Assembly: GCA_036149055.1 (NCBI GenBank)
Contig: JAYZQJ010000202.1
Location: 1 to 52,368 of the forward strand
Reading direction: 5' to 3'
Origin: Myxococcota bacterium
GTDB lineage: Bacteria > Myxococcota_A > Polyangia > Polyangiales > Sandaracinaceae
DNA: 52,368 bases
Below the pieces are notes generated by a model that was not told the DNA's origin, did not search any database, and was given only the letters and a program-made list of their open reading frames with translations. Shown piece after piece: positions 39,008-48,553 of this stretch; position 1 is the first letter of the stretch; each line of letters opens with the position of its first letter. A program made the translations under genes and the position numbers.

Positions 39008-41395
39008 CTAGCGACAGAAGCGGATCGAGTCGATCACCACGCCGCTGAAGCTGCGGACGGCCACCCCGCCGACCACCGGGTCGGGGAACGTGTGGCTGAC
39101 GGTGGCGAGCACCGTGACGCCGTCCGCGTCGTAGAGCCGGCCGACCACCGCGTTGCCGGCCATGAATTCGACCTCGATGCGGTACCAGCGCCCGGCCACC
39201 CAGGACGTGTAGGGGGTCGAGGACAGGTTCGAGTAGCCGTAGGCGCTGTTCTGCTGGAAGAGCAGCTCGTCGGTGTTCGGCGCCAGGACCAGGCTCCGCG
39301 CGCCCGCGGCTCCGGCGTCGAAGCCGAGGTAGAAGCGGCCGCCGCTGCCGGTGGCCTGCGCCCAGGCCTCGAGCCGGTCCCCGGGCATGCCGATGGTCTG
39401 GTCGGTCCGGTAGTGCCAGTCCGGATCCCGGAGCGCCCGCGCGCCGTCGTGGAACACGGCGGTGTCGATGGTGCCGCCGCCCGCCTGGACGACCCAGGGC
39501 GCGTACGGCCAGCTGCCGGTCTCGAAGCCGTCGACGTCGAGGCACGCGATCGTGCCGCAGACCCCGGTCGTGCAGACGCCGGCGACGCAGTCACTCGCCA
39601 TCGTGCACCGGCGGAAGTCGGCGCAGCGCGGGCAAGCGGTCGGGCCGCCGCAGTCCACGTCGGTCTCGTCGCCGTTGCGCACTCCATCGGTGCAGCTCGG
39701 GGCCTGGCAGACGCCCCCCGCGCAGACGCCGCTGAGGCAGTCGCCGCCGACCATGCACATCTGCCCGTCGGCGCAGCCGAGGCAGGCGCCGCCGCAGTCC
39801 AGGTCGGTCTCCATGCCGTTCAGCATCCCGTCTCCGCAGCCGGGCGCGTTGCACGTCCCGCCCGCGCAGATCCCCGACGCGCAGTCCGAGCCAGCCGCGC
39901 AGCCCTCACCGGTGTCGCAGGCCGGGCAGATGGGGCCGCCGCAGTCGACGTCGGTCTCCATGCCGCTGGCGACGCCGTCGCGACACCGCCCGTCCACCTC
40001 GCGGAGGGTCACGGCCAGCGGTCGGATCAAGGTCGGGGCCCCCGTGTCCACGTCGACGACGTAGAGGGTGTAGGTCGTGCCCGTCGTGACCGGGAACTCC
40101 CCCGAGAGCGTGGTGGCGGTGAACTCGCGGCGGCAGTGCAGCTCGGGCGTGCGCATCCCGCAGGGCGCGTCGCTCACGACGAGCGCCATCTCCTCGCTCG
40201 CGGGCTTCTCGATCTCGTACTCCACCACCCCGTCGACCGACGCGGTGAAGGTCATGACGAGATCCGGTCCGTCGACGCTCCCGAAGGTGACGCAGCTCGG
40301 CAGCCCGGCGCCGAAGTAGTCGTTCGACATCGCGACCCAGTCGACCACGTTGCGCCCGTCGGAGAGCGCGACCGCGTCGGAGCAGGTGTCCGCGACCCCG
40401 CGACAGAGCCCGCCGCTGCAGTCCATCGACGCGCAGTCCGGATCCACCAGGCAGGTGCGCCCGTTGGCGCACGCGGCGCAGAGCGAGCCGCCGCAGTCCA
40501 CGTCGGTCTCGTCGCCGTTCTGCACCGCGTCCATGCACGAGACGCAGAGCGAGCTCTCGCAGCGGGCGCTGGCGCAGTCGCCCGGCACCAGGCAGGCCTC
40601 GCCGTCGGAGCACGGATCACAGAGGGTCCCGCCGCAGTCCACCCCGGTCTCGTCGCCGTTCCGGACGCGGTCGGCGCACGAGACGCAGCCGCCGTCGAGG
40701 CAGCGCGTGCTCTCGCAGTCCGCGTCGATGTTGCACGCCAATCCGTCTCGGCAGCCGGGACAGGTCGCGCCCCCGCAGTCCACCGAGGTCTCGTCCTGGT
40801 TCTGCACGCCGTCGTTGCAGGCCGGCGTGGTGCAGGTCCCCGCCGCGCAGATCATGCTGACGCAGTCCTCGCGCACCAGGCAGCGCAGCTCGCCCGCGCA
40901 CGCCGGGCAGGTCCCTCCGCCGCAGTCGACGTCGGTCTCGTCGGCGTTCTGCCGGCCGTCCTCGCAGCTCGACTCCGCGCACTCGCCGCCGCGGCACCGC
41001 CCCGAGAGGCACTCGTCGTTGGAAGTGCACGGCTGGCCGCCGCCGCAGAGCGGGCAGTCACCGCCGCAGTCGACGCCCGTCTCCTCGCCGTTCCGCACCC
41101 CGTCCATGCAGCTCGGGACCAGGCAGAAGCCGCGGCCGCACACCCCGCTCTCGCAGTCCTCGGGATCCCGGCACGGGTCGCCGTCGACGCAGGGCGGGCA
41201 GGAGCCGCCGCAGTCGATGCCGGACTCGTCGCCGTTGCGGACCGAGTCCTCGCACATCGGCTCCGGCGGGCCGGCGTCCCCCGGGCCGGAGTCGATCGAG
41301 GGTGTGATCCCCGAGTCCAGGTCGGGGATCACCGGGGTGGAGTCGCACCCGACGAGGGTGAGCAAGAAGATCAGAGAGAAGAGTCGACGAAGCAT
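39008..41395 (-). CDS. Cysteine-rich repeat surface lipoprotein
   Basis: Lipobox LVGC; nine CxDxxxNxxExxxDCGG-type repeats around an inserted domain; C-terminal beta-rich domain. Confidence 0.85.
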   Translation of the reverse strand: MLRRLFSLIFLLTLVGCDSTPVIPDLDSGITPSIDSGPGDAGPPEPMCEDSVRNGDESGIDCGGSCPPCVDGDPCRDPEDCESGVCGRGFCLVPSCMDGVRNGEETGVDCGGDCPLCGGGQPCTSNDECLSGRCRGGECAESSCEDGRQNADETDVDCGGGTCPACAGELRCLVREDCVSMICAAGTCTTPACNDGVQNQDETSVDCGGATCPGCRDGLACNIDADCESTRCLDGGCVSCADRVRNGDETGVDCGGTLCDPCSDGEACLVPGDCASARCESSLCVSCMDAVQNGDETDVDCGGSLCAACANGRTCLVDPDCASMDCSGGLCRGVADTCSDAVALSDGRNVVDWVAMSNDYFGAGLPSCVTFGSVDGPDLVMTFTASVDGVVEYEIEKPASEEMALVVSDAPCGMRTPELHCRREFTATTLSGEFPVTTGTTYTLYVVDVDTGAPTLIRPLAVTLREVDGRCRDGVASGMETDVDCGGPICPACDTGEGCAAGSDCASGICAGGTCNAPGCGDGMLNGMETDLDCGGACLGCADGQMCMVGGDCLSGVCAGGVCQAPSCTDGVRNGDETDVDCGGPTACPRCADFRRCTMASDCVAGVCTTGVCGTIACLDVDGFETGSWPYAPWVVQAGGGTIDTAVFHDGARALRDPDWHYRTDQTIGMPGDRLEAWAQATGSGGRFYLGFDAGAAGARSLVLAPNTDELLFQQNSAYGYSNLSSTPYTSWVAGRWYRIEVEFMAGNAVVGRLYDADGVTVLATVSHTFPDPVVGGVAVRSFSGVVIDSIRFCR

Positions 41396-41505
41396 GCGCC
41401 CTCCCGAGCCAGGAGAGGGTACCAGCTCGGCTCGTTCTCGGAGGGGCGGTCGCCCCATCTCACGCGCTCACGCGCGTGGAAGCTGCGGCAACACTTGCCG
41501 CACCT

Positions 41506-42597
41506 TCAGGCTTCGACGCCGACCGCGTCGCGCGCGGCGAGGAACCGCGCCACGGGGTCGAAGACGTCCTGGTCGGCGAAGCGGCCGATCGCGAGGTCGC
41601 CGTGGCCGTAGTCGGCGGCGCAGCCCTCTTCGACGCCAGCCACGATCATCTGCTTGTCCACCGAGCCGACGTCGGCGCCCCACGCGTCGAACGCGAGCGC
41701 GACGCAGTCGGGCGGCGCGAGGCGGTCGTCCCTCCCGGCCACGAGCAGCGCCGGCGTCGAGACCGCGCGGAGCGTCTCGGTCACGGGCGTCCGCTCGAAG
41801 CGCACGTCGCCGCCGTCGCGGGCCCAGCGCACGAACTCCTTCGCGAGCCCGCTCGGGATGTTGACGAAGCCGTTCACCAGCGCCTGGGCCGCGAGCCCCG
41901 GCTCGACGTTCTCGACGTTGTAGATCCACCGGTGCGCGGGCGTGTGCACCCACTCGGCGGCGAAGGCGATCATGCGCGACGCGAGGCGGAGCCTCAGGGT
42001 GGGCACGAGCCAGTGCGGCAGCAGCCGGGCCACGAGCGCGAGCATCGCGAGGGGCGGCCGCACCCGAGCCGGCGAGCCGATGGTGACCGCGCGGCGGAGC
42101 GCGTCGGGCGCCACCGTGCGACCGAGGCTGGCGTAGAGCAGGATGCCGCCCATCGAGAAGCCGACGTAGTCGAGCTGCGCCGCGCCGGTCCGCGCGAGCA
42201 CCTCGCGCACGCCGACCGGCAGGTCGTGCCGCGCCATCGCCTCGAAGGTGGCCGCGCGCTCCTCGCGCCAGCGCAGGTCGTCCCGGCCCGAGCGCAGGGT
42301 GAGGAGCCAGACGTCGCGCCCCTCGCGCGCCAGGTGGCGGCCGAGCGAGAGATCCTCGCGCAGGTCGTTGTTGCGGTGGTTCAGGGCGAGGCCGTGCACC
42401 AGGAGGACCGGCGGGGCCGTCGAGCCCTCGCCCCCGGGCAGCCGGCGGAGCTCCACCGCGCTGCCGTCCTCGGTCGGGACCCGCTCCACGAGCGTGTAGT
42501 CCAGCTCGAGCGAGAACCGCCCGACCCAGTAGCGATAATGGAGCCAGGCGGCGACCAGGGAGACCAAGGCCGCCGCGACGAGGAGCGTGAGGATCAA
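41506..42597 (-). CDS. Membrane-anchored alpha/beta hydrolase
   Basis: TTG start overlapping the upstream TGA; TM helix; VHGL, GFSMGG (Ser), DDRLAP and YGHGDL. Confidence 0.85.
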   Translation of the reverse strand: MILTLLVAAALVSLVAAWLHYRYWVGRFSLELDYTLVERVPTEDGSAVELRRLPGGEGSTAPPVLLVHGLALNHRNNDLREDLSLGRHLAREGRDVWLLTLRSGRDDLRWREERAATFEAMARHDLPVGVREVLARTGAAQLDYVGFSMGGILLYASLGRTVAPDALRRAVTIGSPARVRPPLAMLALVARLLPHWLVPTLRLRLASRMIAFAAEWVHTPAHRWIYNVENVEPGLAAQALVNGFVNIPSGLAKEFVRWARDGGDVRFERTPVTETLRAVSTPALLVAGRDDRLAPPDCVALAFDAWGADVGSVDKQMIVAGVEEGCAADYGHGDLAIGRFADQDVFDPVARFLAARDAVGVEA

Positions 42598-43889
42598 GAC
42601 TGTCTCCGGAAGCGCGCCACCGTGGGGGCGCTGGGGTTGACGCGCACCTCGCCGACGTCGGCGTCCACGAGGACGCGGTCCCCCACCCGCGCCCAGGCGA
42701 AGAGCCCGCCGACCTCGCTGACGACCGGCAGCGAGGCGGCGCGCGCGATGCGAATGGCGAGCGCGTCTTCGGCGAGGCGCCCGCTGCACGCCACCGCCGA
42801 GGCCCGGTGCGCGACCGCGGTGAGCACCAGGAGCGCGGGCAGCCGATCGGTCACCAGCAGCGCGGCGCCCTGCGAGAGGATGCGCTCGTCGACGATCCGC
42901 GCCGCGACCTGGAGGCAGAAGGCCTCGGCCTCGACCGAGCGGGCGGTCGACGCCTCGTCGGGCGCGTTGCCCGCGTAGACGGCGCGCGCGTAGGCCCGCG
43001 CGACGTTGCGCAGCGCGATCGCCGGGTTGAGCTCCTTCGCCGCCTCCACCTCGACCAGCTCGCGGAACCGCTGATCGTCCCAGAGGAGGAAGAGCCCGGC
43101 GAGGCTCTCGCGCGCGGGCGCGGGCAGCGGCTCGGCGGCTCGGGTGAGCTCGCGGGCGGTCGCCTCGAGCCCCTGCTCGAGCCGGAGGCGTCGCACGTCG
43201 ACGTCCACGTCCTCGGCCACCCCACGCGCCCGGGCGAGCGCCGCGAGCCCGTCGAAGGTGGGCGAGGTCTCGACCCGCCCGAGCGCGGCGCCGGGGCTGA
43301 GCGCGCGCCCACCGAGCTGCGCCTTGCGGGGCGCCTCGTCGGCGTCGCCCTCCCGGCGCGCCCGCGCGCGCTCCAGCGCGTAGGCGAAGCTGGTGGCGAG
43401 CGCGGTCGCGAGCACGACCTCCTCCCGGGTGAAGGCCCGGCCGATCCGACGCTGGAGCACGAGCACCGCCTCGGCGCGCCGCCCGACCAGGATCGGCAGC
43501 GCGAGGAAGATCGGGTACTGCTCTTCGCCGAGCCCGGGCACCGGCTTGTAGTGCTCGTCGTCGGCCGCGGCCGAGACGGTCACCGGGCGCATCACCTCGG
43601 CGGCGAAGCCGGTGATGCCCTCTCCGACCGCGAGCCGGACCTGATCGATCGCGATCCCGGGGAAGCCCACGTTGGCGCGCATCACCAGCGACGCGTCGTC
43701 CTCCTCCTCGCGCACGTAGATGGAGGCGACGGGCGCCTCGATCACCGCCGCCACCTCGGCGCAGAGCACGCCGAGCACCTCGGCGAGCGGGCGCGGCCGG
43801 GCCGCCTCGTCGATCAGGTCGAGGATGCGCTCGATCCGGGGATCGTCGCGCTCGTGAACCCGGACCTCGACGTTGCGTTCCCCCGGCAC
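42594..43889 (-). CDS. GAF-domain protein, truncated PtsP (EI-Ntr)-like
   Basis: GAF domain (SIY, GEGITG, PGLGEEQY..FL..PI) and a PEP-utiliser mobile-like end (IAR...LPVV...GD.VLVD...G.V.VNP); no C-terminal PEP-binding barrel. Confidence 0.75.
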   Translation of the reverse strand: MPGERNVEVRVHERDDPRIERILDLIDEAARPRPLAEVLGVLCAEVAAVIEAPVASIYVREEEDDASLVMRANVGFPGIAIDQVRLAVGEGITGFAAEVMRPVTVSAAADDEHYKPVPGLGEEQYPIFLALPILVGRRAEAVLVLQRRIGRAFTREEVVLATALATSFAYALERARARREGDADEAPRKAQLGGRALSPGAALGRVETSPTFDGLAALARARGVAEDVDVDVRRLRLEQGLEATARELTRAAEPLPAPARESLAGLFLLWDDQRFRELVEVEAAKELNPAIALRNVARAYARAVYAGNAPDEASTARSVEAEAFCLQVAARIVDERILSQGAALLVTDRLPALLVLTAVAHRASAVACSGRLAEDALAIRIARAASLPVVSEVGGLFAWARVGDRVLVDADVGEVRVNPSAPTVARFRRQS

Positions 43890-43968
43890 GGACGGAGTAT
43901 AAGACGCGGCCCTCCCGGACGCAGGCCCCCGCGCCGCGGTTTCTCGCACCGGAAACGCGAACGAAACG

Positions 43969-44592
43969 TTACATCAAGCGCCGCAGCGGCTCGTGGGTGA
44001 GCGCGGCGAGCTCGATCGCGGCCGAGTCCAGATCGCCGATGCGCCCGTCGACGACCCCCTCGGCGACCCCGAGGAGCGCGGCCACCAGGGTGTCGGCGTG
44101 CACGCCGATGGTGCCGAGGTGCGGTCGGATGGCGTCGGGATCCCCCGCGCGCTCGCGCAGGTACTGGAAGAAGTCGGCCCGGAGCTGGGTGTGGAGGTGG
44201 CCGAGCACCATGCCGAGCGCCGACGGGCTGCGCCGGTAACGCAGGAAGAGGTCCACCAGCGGCTTCTGCTCGGCGAAGAGCCGCAGGATCGCGAGGTAGC
44301 TCTCCCGGAGGGCGGCGTCCGTCGGCTCCGAGGCGCGGAGCGCGGCCATCCAGGCGGCGATGTGCTCGCGCAGCTCGCGCCCGACCCGCTCGGCGAGCTC
44401 CTGCTGGAGGTGCTCCGGGTTCTTGAAGTGGGCGTAGAAGCCGCTCTGCACGATGCCGGCCTCCTTGGTGACCCGCACCGTCGTCAGCGACGGAAGGCCC
44501 TCGCTGCGGAGGAGATCGACCGCCGCCTCGAGCATGCGATCGCGCGTCTGCTCCCGGCTCCGGCGTCGCTTTCTGCCACCCTGCTCGGCCAC
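43969..44592 (-). CDS. TetR/AcrR family transcriptional regulator
   Basis: TRDRMLEAA...G...LT...V...AGI....FYAHFKN. Confidence 0.9.
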   Translation of the reverse strand: MAEQGGRKRRRSREQTRDRMLEAAVDLLRSEGLPSLTTVRVTKEAGIVQSGFYAHFKNPEHLQQELAERVGRELREHIAAWMAALRASEPTDAALRESYLAILRLFAEQKPLVDLFLRYRRSPSALGMVLGHLHTQLRADFFQYLRERAGDPDAIRPHLGTIGVHADTLVAALLGVAEGVVDGRIGDLDSAAIELAALTHEPLRRLM

Positions 44593-44737
44593 GTTCCCTC
44601 GCCGTCATCTGTATCACGTGGTCCGGGGGCCGGCCCCTGCCGGGGCGCCTTTTCGTAGCCCCGTTCTCGGACTCTTGATGGCACTATCCACGGCGTCAGG
44701 GCGAAATTTCGGGGCATCCATCTTGATCTCGCCGAGA

Positions 44738-44777
44738 TGATGATTCATCTATCACTTCGCTGATGATGGAGATATCG
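44738..44777. promoter_or_regulatory. Two candidate TetR operator sites
   Basis: TGATGATTCATCTATCA (44738-44754) and TGATGATGGAGATATCG (44761-44777) in the AT-rich divergent region. Confidence 0.45.
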
Positions 44778-44796
44778 CTAGCAGGCGGAGGCTGAT

Positions 44797-45612
44797 GTGA
44801 CACGACGTGGGTGGATGACGGCGATCGGGGCGGCGGCGCTGGCCGCGGCGACGGCTCTGGGCTGCCAGGCGCTGACCCGCGCCGAGGCGTCGGCGGCGCT
44901 CGAGGAGGCGGGGCTCGCCGCGGAGGCGGAGGCGCTGACCTCGGGCAGCGTCGAGATCGGCACCCGGTTCACGATCGGGATGGCGGTCGAGGACGCGGCG
45001 ATGGAGCTGTCGAGCTTCATCCAGTCACAGCTCCCGTGCGCGGCGATCACCGTCGAGGGCGCCACCCTCTCGATCGAGTACGGCGCCAACCCCGGCAGCT
45101 GCGTCTACAACGGCCGCGAGTACGGCGGCGTGCACACCATCTCGGTGATGCGCAACGCGATGGACGACGTGGTGGTCTCGCATCGCTGGGACGACTTCCA
45201 CGACGACCGGGTCACGGTCAGCGGCAGCGCCATGGTGACCTGGAGCTTCGACGACGCGACGCGACACGTCGTGCACGAGCTCACCTGGACCCGGCTCAGC
45301 GACGGCCGCAGCGCCACCGGCAGCGGCGACCGCACCCAGCGCGCGCTCGAGGGCGGCCTCTTCGAGGGCTTCGGCGTGGACGGCACCCGCGCGTGGGAGG
45401 GCGAGTCGGGGACCTGGACGCTGGCCATCGACGGCGTGGAGATGCGCTGGGTCGACCCGGTGCCGCAGGCCGGGACCTACACGTTGACCACGCCCGAGGC
45501 GAAGACGCTCTCGCTGGGCTTCACCCGGGCCGACGCGAGCACGATCACGGTCACCGTCTCGAGCGGCGCGCGGAGCTACGACTTCGACGTCACCACGCTG
45601 CCCGAGGGCTGA
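44797..45612 (+). CDS. Hypothetical lipoprotein
   Basis: GGAGG RBS, lipobox ALGC, beta-rich sequence. Confidence 0.75.
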   Translation: MTRRGWMTAIGAAALAAATALGCQALTRAEASAALEEAGLAAEAEALTSGSVEIGTRFTIGMAVEDAAMELSSFIQSQLPCAAITVEGATLSIEYGANPGSCVYNGREYGGVHTISVMRNAMDDVVVSHRWDDFHDDRVTVSGSAMVTWSFDDATRHVVHELTWTRLSDGRSATGSGDRTQRALEGGLFEGFGVDGTRAWEGESGTWTLAIDGVEMRWVDPVPQAGTYTLTTPEAKTLSLGFTRADASTITVTVSSGARSYDFDVTTLPEG

Positions 45613-45616
45613 TCGA

Positions 45617-45648
45617 CGCAGGACTCAGCGCAGGACTCAGCGCAGGAC
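45617..45648. repeat. 12-bp tandem duplication at a gene end
   Basis: CGCAGGACTCAG x2 plus CGCAGGAC, spanning the metallophosphoesterase stop. Confidence 0.7.
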
Positions 45649-46653
45649 GAGGTGAGGCCGCGCGAGATCGTCGCGGTCGAGCACCCCGACGTGCTCGGGC
45701 AGGGTCGCGCGATCGACGCGGCGGTCGAAGCGCTCGCCCGCGTACGCCTCCACCGAGCGCACGCCGCGCTCGTCGATCTCGAGCATCAGCACGCTGCGCT
45801 CGGACCGCTCGGTCTGGCCCAGGAGGGGACGCGGCCCGCCGCCCAGGCAGGCGGTGGAGACGAAGCGCATCGCGCCGCGGCGGCCCGGGTAGTAGGCGTG
45901 GTGGTGGCCGCTGACGAAGACGTCGACGCCGTGCCGCACCAGGATCTCCTCGAGCTCCGCGTCGCCCAGGGTCTCCCGCTCTCGGCCGATGGCGAAGGGG
46001 TGGAGCGGCACGTGCCCGAAGACGACGCGCACCGGCTCCCGGGCCGCGGCGAGCTGGCCGTCGAGCCACGCGCGCTGGGCCGGGTCGAGCGGGCCGACGG
46101 TGGTGGCGTCGAGCGCGACGAAGAAGGCCGGCCCGACGCGGAAGCTGTAGCGGAGGGGGTACTGGCTGTCGTCGACCATCTCGACGTCGGGGCGCCGGGC
46201 CTCCCACTGGGCGACGTAGACGTCGCGCTCGTGCGCGTAGCGGGCGTAGCCCGAGGCGTCGTGGTTGCCGGGCGAGACCGCGAAGGGCACGCCCGACTCG
46301 AGGAGCCGGTCGCTCACCGCCGCGTGGAAGCCGGCCCACATGCCCTCGTAGTCGAGGCCGCGGCGCTGCCCCGCGACCATGTCGCCGGTGGAGAGCACCA
46401 GGTCGGGCGAGAGCGCCACGAGCCGGTCGACGGCGGCGTGCACCGCGTCCCCGTAGGTCCGCGCGCCGTATCCGCCGTTGAGGTCGCCGATCACCGCCAC
46501 CCGGAGCGGCGGCTCGACCTGCTCCCCGCCCGCCTTGACGGAGGCCTCGGCGAAGCTCGGCGCGGCCGCGCGCGCCGCCACCGCGCGCGCCGCCACCTCG
46601 GACCCACAGCCCGAGGCGAGCACGCAGAGACACCACAGCGCGCGCGCGATCAT
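45637..46653 (-). CDS. Calcineurin-like metallophosphoesterase (lipoprotein)
   Basis: GDLN, TGDM, PGNHD, GHVP and SGHHH; lipobox ASGC. Confidence 0.88.
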   Translation of the reverse strand: MIARALWCLCVLASGCGSEVAARAVAARAAAPSFAEASVKAGGEQVEPPLRVAVIGDLNGGYGARTYGDAVHAAVDRLVALSPDLVLSTGDMVAGQRRGLDYEGMWAGFHAAVSDRLLESGVPFAVSPGNHDASGYARYAHERDVYVAQWEARRPDVEMVDDSQYPLRYSFRVGPAFFVALDATTVGPLDPAQRAWLDGQLAAAREPVRVVFGHVPLHPFAIGRERETLGDAELEEILVRHGVDVFVSGHHHAYYPGRRGAMRFVSTACLGGGPRPLLGQTERSERSVLMLEIDERGVRSVEAYAGERFDRRVDRATLPEHVGVLDRDDLARPHLVLR

Positions 46654-46780
46654 CGCCTCACTCTACCCGTCCGGAGCACCGGGGGCACGAAACGGCGCCG
46701 GGGCGCGGCGTTGAACGGGCGGGCCGGTCCGGGGAGAATGTCCGCAGCCCGGCCCCGTCAGAGGCCGACGGGAGACGAAC

Positions 46781-47647
46781 ATGTCGTTTCGATGGATCTC
46801 GCTCGCCTTCGCCTTCGCCGTCGGGCTGGGCGTCTGCCTTCCCCGCCCCGCCGCGCGCGCCCAGGGCCCCGACGGCGCGGAGGCCGCCTACCGCCTCGCG
46901 CTCCAGCACAAGCAGGCGGGGCGCGCCGCGCAGGCCCTCCGGGCCGCCGAGGAGGCGATCCGGATCCGGCCCGATCACGCGGCCGCGCACTTCACCGCCG
47001 GGGCCCTGCATCGGCAGGCGGGTCGGCTGCTCGAGGCGCTGGTGCACTTCGAGCGGGTGATCGAGATCGAGCCGAACGACGCGGCGGGCCAGCGCATGGT
47101 CGGCTCGGTCCTCGCCCGGCTCGATCGCTGCGAGGAGGCGATCGCGCCGCTGCGCCGCGCCACCCAGCTCGACGACGACGAGGTCTCGGCCTGGGGCAAC
47201 CTGGGCGCGTGTCTGCGCCGGGCGGGCCGGCTCGAGGAGGCGATCACCGCCTACCGCACCGGGCTGCGCCACGTCCCCAACGACCCGGATCTGCTCAACA
47301 ACCTCGCGGTGGCCCTGCGTCAGGCCGGCCGCGAGCAGGAGGCGGTGGAGGCGCTGCAGGCGGCGCTCGCCCGCGACCCCGACAACGCCAGCTTCAACAT
47401 CAACCTCGCGACCATCTACCGTCGCATGCGGCGCTGGGAGGACGCGGCCCGGCACTACGAGGCCGGCCTCGCCCGGGATCGCGAGGAGACCGGCGCCATC
47501 TTCGACCTCGCCTACTGCTACGAGCAGCTGAGCCGCCCCCAGGACGCCATCCGCGCCTACCGGCGCTACCTCGAGCGGGTGCGGGACCGCGATCCCGACG
47601 CCGCCGCGCGCGCGGAGGAGCGCCTGATCGGGCTGGGCGCCGAGTAG
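46781..47647 (+). CDS. Secreted tetratricopeptide repeat protein
   Basis: Signal peptide and multiple TPR motifs (AWGNLG, LNNLA, INLA, FDLA). Confidence 0.88.
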   Translation: MSFRWISLAFAFAVGLGVCLPRPAARAQGPDGAEAAYRLALQHKQAGRAAQALRAAEEAIRIRPDHAAAHFTAGALHRQAGRLLEALVHFERVIEIEPNDAAGQRMVGSVLARLDRCEEAIAPLRRATQLDDDEVSAWGNLGACLRRAGRLEEAITAYRTGLRHVPNDPDLLNNLAVALRQAGREQEAVEALQAALARDPDNASFNINLATIYRRMRRWEDAARHYEAGLARDREETGAIFDLAYCYEQLSRPQDAIRAYRRYLERVRDRDPDAAARAEERLIGLGAE

Positions 47648-47689
47648 CTTTCTTGGCCGCGAGGCCCGGCCGGGGCGATCCTCCCCGGC

Positions 47690-48553
47690 ATGGACTGGCT
47701 CTGGCGCGAGCTCGACCGCGAGCTCTTCCACCTCGGAGAGACCGGGGTGACGCCGGGCTCGCTGATCGTCCTCCTGATCACGGTGGTGGTCGCGGCCATC
47801 GCCGGCCGGCTCGTCCGCCAGCTCGCCCAGCGCGTGCTGACCCGCGGAACGCACGGCGCGAGCGAAGGCGCCGCCTACGCGGTGGGCCGCATCAGCCAGT
47901 ACCTGATCCTCGTCGGCGGGATCCTGCTCGGCCTCGACAACGTCGGCATCGACATGACCGCGCTCGCCGCGGTCGGCGCGGTGATCTCGGTCGGCATCGG
48001 CTTCGGCCTCCAGAACATCACCCAGAACTTCGTCAGCGGCGTGATCCTGCTGGTGGAGCGCCCCGTCCAGAAGGGCGACTTCGTGGAGCTCGCCGGCAAC
48101 ACCGAGGGTCAGGTGGTCTCCATCGAGATGCGCGCGACCCGCGTGATGACCCGCGACGGCATCTCGGTGATCGTGCCCAACAGCAAGCTGATCAGCGACG
48201 AGGTCCGCAACCTCAGCGCCCCCACCGGGGTGAACCGCCTGCGGGTGGCCGTCGGCGTCGCCTACGGCTCGGACATCAAGCGGGTGCGCGACGTGCTCGA
48301 GGCGGCGGCCGAGGCCGACGGCCGGGTCCTGAAGGAGCCCGCCCCGGCCGCGCTCTTCCGCAACTTCGGCGACAGCTCGCTCGACTTCGAGCTCTGCGTC
48401 TGGCTCGACCACCCGCAGCAGCGCCCGAAGGTGGCCAGCGACCTCCGCTTCGCCATCGACCGCGCCTTCCGCGAGAACGGCATCCAGATCCCGTTCCCGC
48501 AGCGCGACCTGCACGTCAAGAGCGGCCTCGAGAAGCTCGAGCGCGCTAGCTGA
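47690..48553 (+). CDS. Small-conductance mechanosensitive channel (MscS family)
   Basis: GIGFGLQNI..NFVSG...L.ERP...GD, VPNS, GVAYGSD, FGDSSLDF and IPFPQRD. Confidence 0.93.
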   Translation: MDWLWRELDRELFHLGETGVTPGSLIVLLITVVVAAIAGRLVRQLAQRVLTRGTHGASEGAAYAVGRISQYLILVGGILLGLDNVGIDMTALAAVGAVISVGIGFGLQNITQNFVSGVILLVERPVQKGDFVELAGNTEGQVVSIEMRATRVMTRDGISVIVPNSKLISDEVRNLSAPTGVNRLRVAVGVAYGSDIKRVRDVLEAAAEADGRVLKEPAPAALFRNFGDSSLDFELCVWLDHPQQRPKVASDLRFAIDRAFRENGIQIPFPQRDLHVKSGLEKLERAS

